From: Epiperipatus broadwayi
Taxonomy: Eukaryota > Animalia > Onychophora
Assembly: GCA_028023455.1 (NCBI GenBank)
Contig: JAQFVV010000002.1
Location: 2,046,001-2,110,000 of the forward strand
Direction of reading: 5' to 3'
Length of the DNA stretch: 64,000 nt
The notes below the pieces were generated by a model, which did not search any database, was not told the DNA's origin, and worked only from the letters and a program-made list of their open reading frames with translations. The position numbers were made by a program, and so were the translations under genes. Shown here piece after piece: positions 25,324 to 36,200 of this stretch. The number at the start of each line of letters is the position of its first letter. Within the stretch, counting starts at the first letter, position 1.

Positions 25324-26332
25324 AAGGTTGTAGTATGATGGCCAAAGATGCCGCTCAATGGCGCTGGTTATGTGCTAAAGCACATAAAAATCTATTTCCG
25401 TGGCCGACACATTCGAACCCGCATTTTTTATAATACAACTTTTATTGTTGTGCTACAGATTGCAGGCTGCTATGTCATGTCGCAGTACAGCATGTATGTC
25501 GCATCACAGCAAATAAATTTGATGACTTTGCACACTTCATACAATTATTACAGCTTGGTGTGAGAGTGTGTGTATTTGAATTTGATGGAAATGTGTTTTT
25601 AATTGAATTTTTTGTTTTTTAAGTATTGAAATATTCCAATTTTCTTAATTAATAATTATCCGACTCTTTACATCATTCTGTATTGAAGTTTTAAGTGGCA
25701 AAATCTTGTCCAGATAGATGTGTAAAGGCAGTTGGAATTAGGTAACACATCAAGTAACATACTGTTCGTAACATTCCACAAGACCAACAATATGGCATAG
25801 GAAATTGCACATCTTGTTCGATTCTGTGATTTACAAACAACAGAACCCTAACCCTAAACCTAACCTAACCCTAACAATTTTTACTTTTTGTTGTCATTCT
25901 ATTTGAAGTAAAAAATAGTGGTAACACAATAATATCTGTTTCTGTGTAAAAATTAAAATGTAAAACGAAGACTAAGAACTTTTACTTTTTATTCCAATTA
26001 TGAGTTTTTAAACAACAACAACAAAAAAGGTGTACCTCCTCCCCAAAAAAAATCAGATTGAAAATTTTTTTTCTAATAAAGCAAAAAAAAAAAAACGCGA
26101 ATTAAATTATAATTTGTTGATTTTATTTTACATTTATTGTTATCATTTAATTTGTATACGTTAATAAAAAAAAAAATATTTAAAAAACACGATTTTGATA
26201 TTTTTTATTTTCGCATTACAAAAAACACATCAAAATGATTAAAATCAATGGCCTGGGAATGTTCATATTTTATAGTTTTAGCGTGATAATGGTGCCATTG
26301 AGTGGCGTCTTTGTCCATAATACTACAACCTT
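25324..26332. mobile_element. Non-autonomous DNA transposon with ~41-bp imperfect TIRs
   Basis: Left AAGGTTGTAGTATGATGGCCAAAGATGCCGCTCAATGGCGC; right end is its reverse complement with about 5 mismatches; TTGC flanks both ends (25320-25323, 26333-26336). Confidence 0.8.
25846..25875 (+). repeat. Short CCCTAA/CCTAA telomere-like array
   Basis: ccctaaccctaaacctaacctaaccctaac inside the TIR element. Confidence 0.7.
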
Positions 26333-27229
26333 TTGCAATATCTATCTAAGCTAGCTATGTAATAAACAACATTTAAAAATCTGCTTTCTAAGTTCTGTAA
26401 ATAAATCTGATAAGTGCTAATTAATGTAAACTCAAAGCTTATAATTTGAAAATCACTCTTTTAAAATGTAAAACACTAATAATCTAATTTAAGCTGTAAG
26501 TTACTGCATTTTTTATGCCTATTATTCTATTTTAATTTATTTTTATAATTTTATCATTTTATTATTGTGTGGATTTAATATGCCAAATAACTCGAAACCA
26601 TGAGTATACATATATGATTTTGGTCTACTTCTTTATGTAGATATCTTCATAACTTCATTTTAATAAAGATTAAATATTTGAATTATTACTCTCAACTCAC
26701 TGTTCCGAGATCTTTATTATTATTTATACTGATTAATTTTAAGAATCAATTACTTCCTAGTAAAGTTGGAGTTTGCTTAGTTATAGTTATGAATTATAAC
26801 TTTCTATATATGTAATTCATACATTATAGGAACTAGCTACAGGGATATTATTAAAGCATATTTATAATGTTTTATCAGTAATTGCCCTTCAAATATGCTT
26901 TCTCCTCCCTAGATTAATATATATATATATATTTGAGATGCAGTTTTGGTATCTTAATATGGATTACTAATTAATTTAGTCCCTAAATAGTATGTTTGAG
27001 ATACTAGTCTTGAGAAACTGGATTATATAGATGTGCAAATAAACGCTATCTATTTTAAGGCATGTTAAGTTAGTTAAATGCATTTACATTTTACATATGT
27101 ATAAGGTTGCGACCATGTCATTACAAAGTTCCTGTAGTACATTAACTGCTTGCTGCATGTTTTCTTATGAGTGCTTGTGGAGATCACCCTCATATTTCTA
27201 GTTTGGGCAAAGCAAAGTGTTTTAGAACT

Positions 27230-27620
27230 GGAACACAAGAGTCTAGATTGTTATGAAAGCTTATCCAACTCCTTGAAATATTAATGGTCTCCTATTCGTA
27301 GCAAGTTGTTTGGTACTAGGGCAGTGAATAATGACCCACTTGATCCCTTTATCTTTATTAATATTTTAATATGTGCCATAGCATGTCAGTAGACCTAGTG
27401 TCAACCAGTTTTCTCTATCTTATGTTAAATGGTTATTCAGCACTCATCTGAACCCTAATCTACATTATTATGCTAACCTGCATATCTTTGAGCCTGATTA
27501 TGTGCTCTACTCTTAACCTGTTATATATAGACAGATGCCAGAAGTGCAGTATGTTTCATTATATAACTTTGGCTGATATATTCCATGTGATTTGGCAGAC
27601 TGCATACTAGCTAGGATTTG
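27230..27620 (-). mobile_element. Possible I-clade LINE 3' end remnant
   Basis: Minus-strand RLRVEH... followed by a degenerate C..C...T..H spacing, resembling the RLRIGH/CCHC tail of I-type ORF2. Confidence 0.35.
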
Positions 27621-28205
27621 GCATAAACATGATCACCCACAGATTATTTTATTAAAAAATTATAATGAGAGATTATGTAACTACCAATCTCATTAACTAT
27701 GTGATGCCTGTGAGTGTAATATCCCATGGACCAATTATATAAATATTGTGTTTTATTTATAATTTCTTTTATTTTATTTATTAAATTATTTTTTAAAATA
27801 CAACTCGTTTCAATTTCTTTATTGCTTGCAATCAATTCATATTCAACTCCATATTACTTATACATACATCATTATATATATGAATCCCTCTTTAGTAGAC
27901 TTAGTGAGTAACTATTAATATATTGTTAGTTCACTTAGCCATATGTGTGAGTTGATAGTAATTTATTCATTTACTCCATGAGTCTCTTGCTTCACCCTTT
28001 GCTACTGCCAACCCATGATTAAATTAAACTCATGTGTAACTTAGGAAGGGTCATTCATAGGGTATTAAGTTGTGGAGTGGCTTGAATGTTGATCGAATTC
28101 TGGATTTCTCCATCTAGATTTGATCAGCTTTAATGTGTTTTACCTATACTCTAGATTTTGTGTATGGATGTAAAAATCTTACCATTACTATATATATATA
28201 TATAT

Positions 28206-29208
28206 ATTAGAAGAGACTTGAACTCAGACTTTCAAACTCTCTACAGTTATCCACTCCATCTTATACTACTGATACCATATACTGTTCAATTTTATACTAA
28301 ACCAGCACTCATCAATTGATCCAGATCACTATCTACCACACATTTATACAATTACCCCAGTTTATTAAAACAGGCAAAACTCTCCATGCAGTAGTGCCAC
28401 CCTGTGCCAACCAGAGTAATCAATGAATGCCAAAAGGCTTGTGCATAAAATCCCTTTCTAGTGCCTACTCACCCAATATTCCCTGGCTTGTTGCCTTCAT
28501 CAGTGAGGAGCTTTGTATCTGAGAGCACTGCATCTAGATCTTAGGATCTAATGCAACCCTCCAGCAGCCATCTTTTATCTTTACTTTAACTACAAAACTA
28601 TGAAAATAAAATTTGAAAAAACACAATAATATTTTCAATCTAAGCTCAATAGCTGATGAAGGCCACAAACCAGAAACTAGTCTGGGGATATTGGATGAGT
28701 AGGCACTAGATAGAGATTTTATGCACAAGCTTTCTGGCATCCATTGATTACTCATGTTGGCACTGAGTGGCACTACTGTATGGAGAGTTTTGTCTGTTTT
28801 AACAACAGTAATGTGCTAGCATAAGAAATAGTGATCATGTGAAGTTTAGGGGTTTACCCCAGTTTATATTTAGAAAGCAAATCCTCAAACTTTAAAGGAC
28901 AAACTTCAATTTTCTCCACCCTGTAACTCTACAGCTATCCATATCATTGAAAAATTTAATGATGAAATACTCAAAGGCTTTGTTGATGTCAATATTATTA
29001 TTATACCCATGTTGACTTCAAGATACTCTGACCTCTCACATATAGAACCTTAATATATCCTTTTAAATATACAGAAGCATGGAATACATAAATTGGAGAT
29101 CATTTATTTTTTCACATGTATTATATTAGTGGTCAGGTTCTTTAATTGTATAAAATGGAATGGATAGCTGTAGGAAGCTAGCTAGTCTGAGTTCAAGTCT
29201 CTTCTAAT
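28206..29208. repeat. ~1-kb head-to-head inverted duplication of a hammerhead-bearing repeat
   Basis: Outer arms 28206-28266 / ~29147-29208 and inner arms ~28365-28503 / 28652-28805 are reverse complements; CTGATGA cores at 28471-28510 (-) and 28653-28682 (+). Confidence 0.85.
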
Positions 29209-29707
29209 TACGTTAAGTTTAGTGTAGACAATATACATGTATTTAAATATTATATATATATGTTAATTCTAATATTTTCATGGATAAATGGTGACTTCAT
29301 ATTATAATTATTTTCAGGATATTCCCTGTAGTAAAATAGTAAAATCGCTATGATTTTCAAAAGAGGATGCTCTGAGAAAGGTACTTGTTACTGAAACATA
29401 AGCTATTTAGCTACTTTAGTAAAAGGAATATACCGAAAATAATTATAATATGAAATCATATATATCTTAACTGTAGAGTAAAATATTTCAATAGGTGATC
29501 TAAAGTAGATAAAAATCATGCCATTATCAAATGTTTGTTGTAACAAATTTATTACTGTATATATGTTTATTTAATTGTCATTATATTTTAGCTTTGAAAC
29601 CAACTGATGTGTGATCATAGAATTTATATAAAAGATCATACTATCATATCAGGAGTTTAAACTTCTAACTTATCTAGGTAATGAAAGTTGCCTATGATAT
29701 ATATATA

Positions 29708-30671
29708 CACCTGGGTCTCTTTTTACGCGGATTTATTTAACGCGATTTTGAAGTTACGCGATTCACGTTTCTCCGGAAGTCGAACTTCGATAATGCGCTA
29801 TTACTTTAAATAATAAATTTTGTGCACTTACATCATATTGAAAGTAATAGCACATTATTAGAATTCGACTTTCATCTTAGTAATTTCAATATTTTCAGTG
29901 CTTTATAATAGTAAGATTTTATGCAATAATGAAATTAAAATCATGATTTCCACATTTTATGTATACACACATTAAATTTTACAAGATTATAATGTAAATT
30001 TGTTCAAACATTGTGCGTGTTAATTTTGCATTTTAAATCACATTCTGTTTTTGCTTTTTAAAAAAGAACGTAATCAATTATTAATCATTTAGTGTCCACA
30101 AGTTTATTTTTAAAAGGTGAGTAATAGCAGTGGGCACAATTAAAATTGAAAATTAAAAAATTAAAGACAAAAATAAGAATTTAATTTTTAGTTGTTAGAT
30201 TAATTACTAATTACATTGTCACCAGAAAATCATTAACACAACATGAGAGTGATGTTGGCGCTAGTTGTATTTCCTCTTGTGAAGAAACTGATTTTTTACC
30301 AGTTTGCAAACGAACCTGTTTATCGGAAATTAACAATAATAATTAAAATGTGTATAAAAAAATGTAAATTACTGTAAATTATGCATAAAAATATATTGTT
30401 TTGAATAAAATTAAATATTATAGTTAAAAAAATTTGTCTTGTATCAATTTTTTTCAAATTTGAAATTTTTTATTAGTCATATTTTATTTCCTTATTTTTT
30501 TTGCATGAATTTTAAAGTAATTTTACATTGGTGCTTTGCTTTTATGCAATTTTTGAAAAATTACAGTCCGTATCCCCCCTTTTTCAAGGTAAGTTACGTC
30601 TATTTTTGCGCAATTTCGTTTGCGCGTGTTTTCTGAGGAACCTATCTATCACATAAAATGAGACCCAGGTG
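29708..30671. mobile_element. Tigger/pogo-like MITE
   Basis: TA|CACCTGGGTCTC ... GAGACCCAGGTG|TA: perfect 12-bp TIR with TA target duplication; CGCG-rich subterminal motifs; internal hairpin 29779-29869. Confidence 0.85.
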
Positions 30672-30690
30672 TATTTAAATTATACTAATG

Positions 30691-31061
30691 GTAGACAATA
30701 ACAAGATATATATATATTAATTAAACATAAGTACTTTTGATTACATTGTCATCATTATCAACTGAAGTAATGTTGACCCCATTGAAGTAATGTAGACAAA
30801 AAAAAGCAGACAGCAGACATCATGTGATTTTTATAATGGTATTACAAGATTTTCCATTTATTGCTCAATCTTTAAATTGATTTAGACAATTCACTAATAT
30901 CACTGATATTAATATATAGACTTCTTGGAAAATCATGCATCTGCCTTTTTTTTTGGCTACATTACTTTTGTCAAATCTATGTTAGTTACTTTAGTTGATA
31001 ATGATTACAACATAATCAAAAGTACTTCTGTTTAATTAATATATATATAGTTATTACCTAC
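30691..31061. mobile_element. Foldback/MITE-like element with ~130-bp imperfect TIRs
   Basis: gtagacaataac...atatattaattaaacataagtacttttgatt...gtaatgtagacaaaaaaaagcaga mirrored at the right end; TSD not identified. Confidence 0.75.
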
Positions 31062-31669
31062 TAATAATAGAATTTAAAATTTACATATATGATATTTTTA
31101 ATAGATAACTTGATATTTTATATATGCAAGATAAAAGAAGTGAGTCAATTTTTTTTTCCTGATTTGATAGTTTTTAAGATTATGGAGGACAATAGAGCAC
31201 TGTGAATTTGATTGGTTATATATTGTAATGTGTACTAAAGCTGGTCACAAATGTTGATATGCAGATGTACAAAATGAAGAACAAATAGCAAGGGGAAAAA
31301 GAAAAACGTGTTTAATATAGATTTCTCTGTATATCAGTAAAATAGATTTAATTTAATTAAATGAAATAAAACTTTTGAGACAAATGAAAATGAAACCAGG
31401 AAATTTATATTTATTTATTTAATTAAGTAAATAAAGTAAATATTTAATTAGTCCTGAATATTTGGAATTTTGATAAAATCTGATAAAGTATGCAAATTTT
31501 ATATAATAGAATGAATAAATAATGAAATGTAATTTAATTAAGGCAATAAAAAGTAATTAAATGAGGTAGAGGGGAAAATTGCAGATAAACCAAAAATTTA
31601 TGACTCCCCCCCCCCCCACAGATATAGATTGGAAAATATCTTTCATTAATAAGTGATAAAAAATAAAAG

Positions 31670-31782
31670 CTAACAATCTTTCATGCAGCCTTTTCTTATC
31701 TTTGGTCTCTTCTCTTCAGTCATTAGCAAAATCAATGCACCAATAGAAAGTGCCAAAAGCCAAAAAAGCGCAGATACATTAT
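31670..31782 (-). CDS. Candidate terminal coding exon of an unknown membrane protein
   Basis: Acceptor ttctttcccag|, then xNVSALFWLLALSIGALILLMTEEKRPKIRKGCMKDC*: hydrophobic helix followed by basic tail; AATAAA ~250 nt downstream. No upstream exon identified. Confidence 0.35.
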
Positions 31783-33311
31783 CTGGGAAAGAACAGTAAT
31801 ATTTTATGAAGTTGAAAAATATGATCTCTTATATAGATATTTTTGCTCTGGCAGACTAATTTTCAGTGTGTTTGCCAGAATGCAGCTATAAATTGTAAAA
31901 AGAATGCCTAAACAAGAGTTTGAAATTATGCCTGTTACTTTTGAAAGTCATTTGTTGTTATCTAACTTCATTTGTCCACCAAAGCCTTATTTGCTACAAT
32001 AAGATGATAAAAAAAAAGAAAAATATTGATGTGTGTAAAATAAGAAAATGAAACTGGATCTTTAAAACAGCTATTGAAAGTATTTAAATATCAGTTGCCT
32101 TTTAATCATTGAATCATCCCAAATGTATAAACTAAAAGTCACGAGCCTATCAAGCTAAATAATTTCAGTGGAGCTATACAAACTCAAGAGCCAATTATAG
32201 CTATACTTATCTGGAAAAATTAAAATTACCAATAAGTTGTCCAAATGAACAATCTCATAAATTTAAAACAGATGAAATCAAGTTTTATATACATGAGCTA
32301 GAAGTGCAGATCTGATAAATACAAAAGGTAATCATAAAATATTGAATAAATCACTAAGATTTTATTATTCCATTTTATTAATAGGTCTAAATTAATACAT
32401 TGTACAGGCTTATCACCTGCATTTATATATGTGGGATTCCAACTCAGACAACTCTCAGTGCCATCTTATATTACTGGATATTTCTGTAATTAATATTTTT
32501 TCTCATATATTTCATGATTGTATATCAATTAATATTATATTTTTATTCTAATTTTATTTTTCTATTGAGACTTTTTTTTTGTATTTTATTAATTTTTTTT
32601 TATGACATGGGTCGAACTTTTATATTGCATAAATGTATGTAAATATTCAGGATTAAGGACTAATCCAATCATTATAGTTAAGTATATTTTATTTATTAAT
32701 TTACTACAAGAATCATTAGTTCTCATTCCATGATCCTCTCATATTATTCTATATAATTTTGGGACTGAGATAGATGTTAGTTTCTTTTATTGTTATTTTG
32801 ATTAAAGGTAAGCAATGATTTATGTTTGCTGTATTAAATAAAGTGATTAATCCGTGAAGTGATGCCATGTTTACCTGAGCCAGCTATGAATTAATGGAGG
32901 GATTTAACATCAATGTACCAAGGAAGGGTTTGAACCTAGCCTATAGATGTTTCTCATTATACAAGTGGAACCATAATCTGAAGAATGTATAACTATTGTG
33001 ATAAAGAATAAACCCTTTCTTGAATTAAACCTGTTTTATAAGAATAATTGTCTGGAAATAGGACTGGATACCCATTCTGATCATCTTAATTAGTTAGGAT
33101 ATTCAGTCTAAATATACTAAAGTAATATTTATTAAGGCAATAACCTTAAGACTATGCACCTGAAAAAAACAACAGTAGGGACCTCTGCAAATCTTTAACA
33201 CAAGATTTGTTGGGTTATTCTTAATAAATATTAATCTCAATATGTAAATCCTTGTACATTCCATTAATATATTTAAAAATGGTTAACCCTTGAACCAATC
33301 ATGACTGTATA

Positions 33312-33502
33312 TATAATAAAAAACACGCAAGTACTTCTCTATAAATCTGCTTTAATATTTCAACCAGCAGACTGGTTTTCATCAGGAAGCAAAGCAAAAT
33401 GGCTATTTCCAAAATTTTGCTGTGCTTTCTGATGAAAACCAGTCTACTGGTTGAAATATTAAAGCAGCTTTATAGAGAAGTAATTGTGTATTTTTTATTA
33501 TA
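33312..33502. repeat. ~190-bp palindrome with ~90-bp arms, each carrying a hammerhead core
   Basis: tataataaaaaacacgcaagtacttctctataaa...ttttcatcagg mirrored by ctgatgaaaa...tttatagagaagtaattgtgtattttttattata, with few mismatches. Confidence 0.9.
33423..33466 (+). ncRNA. Minimal type I hammerhead ribozyme fold
   Basis: TGCTTT-CTGATGA-A-AACCAG TCTA CTGGTT-GAA-ATAT-T-AAAGCA: 6-bp stem I, 6-bp stem II, palindromic ATAT stem III, AUU triplet; one extra A after the core. Confidence 0.65.
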
Positions 33503-34199
33503 TTTTTATTTTTTCTTTAGTTAGTTTGTATATTTATTATTATTATTATTTTATATTAAATAAAAAAGACATGTTTTATGCAATCTTGAAGAAATGGCAG
33601 ACCTAATTTAAATAATTTGCATCTGTTGGTTTAAATAAATTGAATATCGCTATCTATCTATAGCTTTGAAAATGAAGGCATAGCTCCTTCGAAAAGCGCT
33701 TTAGAAATAAATAATTAGAATAATAATATATATTTGAGTTTGTGTGGGATATTACCGTAGAATATCTGACTTAAGGATTTTTTGTTATGTAATGTGATGA
33801 AACAACATTCTGGCACCTTTTTCAGTGTATTTTTAATGTCCCAAACATAATTAAATGAAATGGTATGCACATACATAATTACAATTCATATTTATATAAT
33901 TTGAACAAATAAAAAATATGGTGTTTTATAAATCAGTTGAAATATGGATGTATTTGAAATTGGTGCTCTCATGTAGTGAGAAGTGGTTCATCCACATCCC
34001 CATTGGTCACTCATGGTCAATGACTAATTACAATGATGCATGTACAGCCAGTAACACCTGACATTTGTGATTGAATGTACTTGTGTAGCAATAGACAATG
34101 TGTGGAATATTTAATTTCTTTATTTTTACATAAATTTGACATTGTTATTTTTGTTTTATTTATTTTTTAGCGTAAAAGTTTACCCCAAATTTAAAAATA

Positions 34200-35690
34200 A
34201 AAAACATTTCAGTTACTTCTCAATTATTGATCCCACTAATAAAAAGTTCAAAACAACATCAAAAAATATGGAAATATTGGTGCAAGTTGATGTTTCTGAA
34301 TCATCTCAAGTGGCTCTTGAGGTGTAATGCCAAATGCAAAATGATTGGACAGATTTCTGGTCATTGGATCAAAAAATAATTTTTGCTAAAAAAAAAAAAA
34401 AGAATGGTTAAACATACATGAAATGGAGCATGGCTTATCATCTTGCAGAAATGTTAGACATCTTGGAACTGAAGCAATGATGGGAATGAAAATTTCCAAA
34501 GAATGGGCCAACAATAAAATACCTATTCTAGGAAAGATAGGAAGTTAGAATTGAACTCACTTTAAAAAAATGTTTCGATCATAGAGGATCTGCTGCACAC
34601 AAAGCAGCAGTAAAAATTATTTTGGAAGCCAAAAAAAGATTGAAAACATTTTCTAAAATCATTATCTCATGAAAAAACAATATCAGCAAAAGTTTTTTAA
34701 ATTGTATATAAAGTGGCAAAGGAAAATTAATCATTCTCTACTTTTAAAAGTGACATTGATCTGCAACAAATGAATGGAATTGAAATGAGTCATATTTTTC
34801 ATTCAACACATGTATTAATATCACGAATCATAGAAGTGATGAAATGAGAAAGAATGTATTTAAAGAAATTGTTCAATTAAAAAATATAATATCTTTGATA
34901 ATTGATGAATAAACTACCATAAGCAAAAAAAACACTCTTATTGTGTTTGTTCGATGCTGTATTGAAAGTGTTGAAATGAATTCACTGATTTATTTATTTT
35001 TAGACTTGATGGAACTTGAAAACATAATGGCAAAATAAATATTTAAATCCCTACTCCAATGTCTTGAATTTTATGGGAGGACAGAAGATTATTTTAAAAA
35101 ATATTTAATTTCGGTAGCATGTGACAGTGCTGCTGCGATGTTAGGATGTAAAAATGGATTGAAAGAATTGCTGACACAAAATTTTCCTTCCATTATAGTT
35201 TTGCATTATACTAATCATAGATTAGAGTTATCAATAAGTGATGTTGTAAAGAAAATTTCAGGAATCAATACATTCAAATCATTTATTGATAAATTTTGTG
35301 TTTTATACCAGTTGTCACCAAAAAATAATAGAGAGTTACATAATTGTGCAGAATCGCAAGGTGTTGAGCTGCTAAAAATTGGAAGAGTTTTAAGTACTAG
35401 ACAAATGGTATCTAGTTTCATTCAGTTTCAGCTATGTGGAATAATTTTGAATCTTTTGTACATTATTTTGAAGAAACAATGAATGATCCTACAACAGATT
35501 AAAATGATAAATGTACTTATGATGGCTTAAAGAAAAAAAAAAACATCTACAGCCTTTTCATTGGATCTAGCATTGATGCATGATGTTCTCTAAGAATTGT
35601 CAGAACTAAGTTTGGAACTACAAGATCACAATGTGAACCTTTACATTGCAAATAAAAAATAAATGCACTAGTTCAAGTTTTGAAGAAGAA
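34200..35690 (+). mobile_element. hAT-superfamily transposase remnant (ZNF862/KIAA1586-like)
   Basis: ORF 35138-35482 and flanks: CDSAAAMLGCKNGL...FPSIIVLHYTNHRLELSISD...LYQLSPKNNREL...RVLSTR; upstream SLIIDE and H..S..HK.A remnants. TIRs not pinned. Confidence 0.85.
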
Positions 35691-36200
35691 TATATATTGG
35701 TGAGATCAGTTGTTCCATTGAAAAGTGCTTTCAAGAACACAAACTAATGATTAGAAGAGAGAAAACAAATGAGCCTAAGGTAGCAGAAACTAGTGAATAT
35801 ATGTTCAATTGGGAAAACATAAAAATATTGAATAGAGAAGAAATGTTAAAGCTGTTCACCTAACAATGGCAAACAATCCCATAAGTCAACTTAATGTGGC
35901 TATACATAATGTATAGAAACCACTAATCAACTTTGTTCTTAGAAAAAGGTGGAGAAATCAGGAGGGGTCTCATAGATAATTATATGAAATTTCTACAGAC
36001 TGTTGTAGTTGGCATGATGGCTCAGTTGGTTAGAGCATTACTTTAAAATTCAATAGTCAAGAATCTAAGGATCCAGGTTCAATTCCCATGCTATTACTGT
36101 CACTGGTCAGTCCAGCAACACTTGAAAAAGAAGGTAGAATAATACTTCTTAAAACATTGTTCATATACTAACCTGTTTGATATGATATTACTAATAAATA
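35690..36200 (+). mobile_element. Penelope-like 3' fragment (GIY-YIG C-terminus plus tail)
   Basis: YIGEISCSIEKCFQEHK...KVAE...FNWENIKILNRE matches the PLE GIY-YIG pattern; degenerate hammerhead-like stem at 36121-36160. Confidence 0.65.
36011..36092 (+). pseudogene. tRNA-like sequence (Lys-like pseudogene or SINE head)
   Basis: A-box TGGCTCAGTTGG, B-box GGTTCAATTCC, GCATG/CATGC ends; 3' half AATCTAAGGATCCAGGTTCAATTCCC resembles tRNA-Lys(UUU); ~15 extra nt in the anticodon loop; anticodon stem does not pair properly. Confidence 0.6.
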
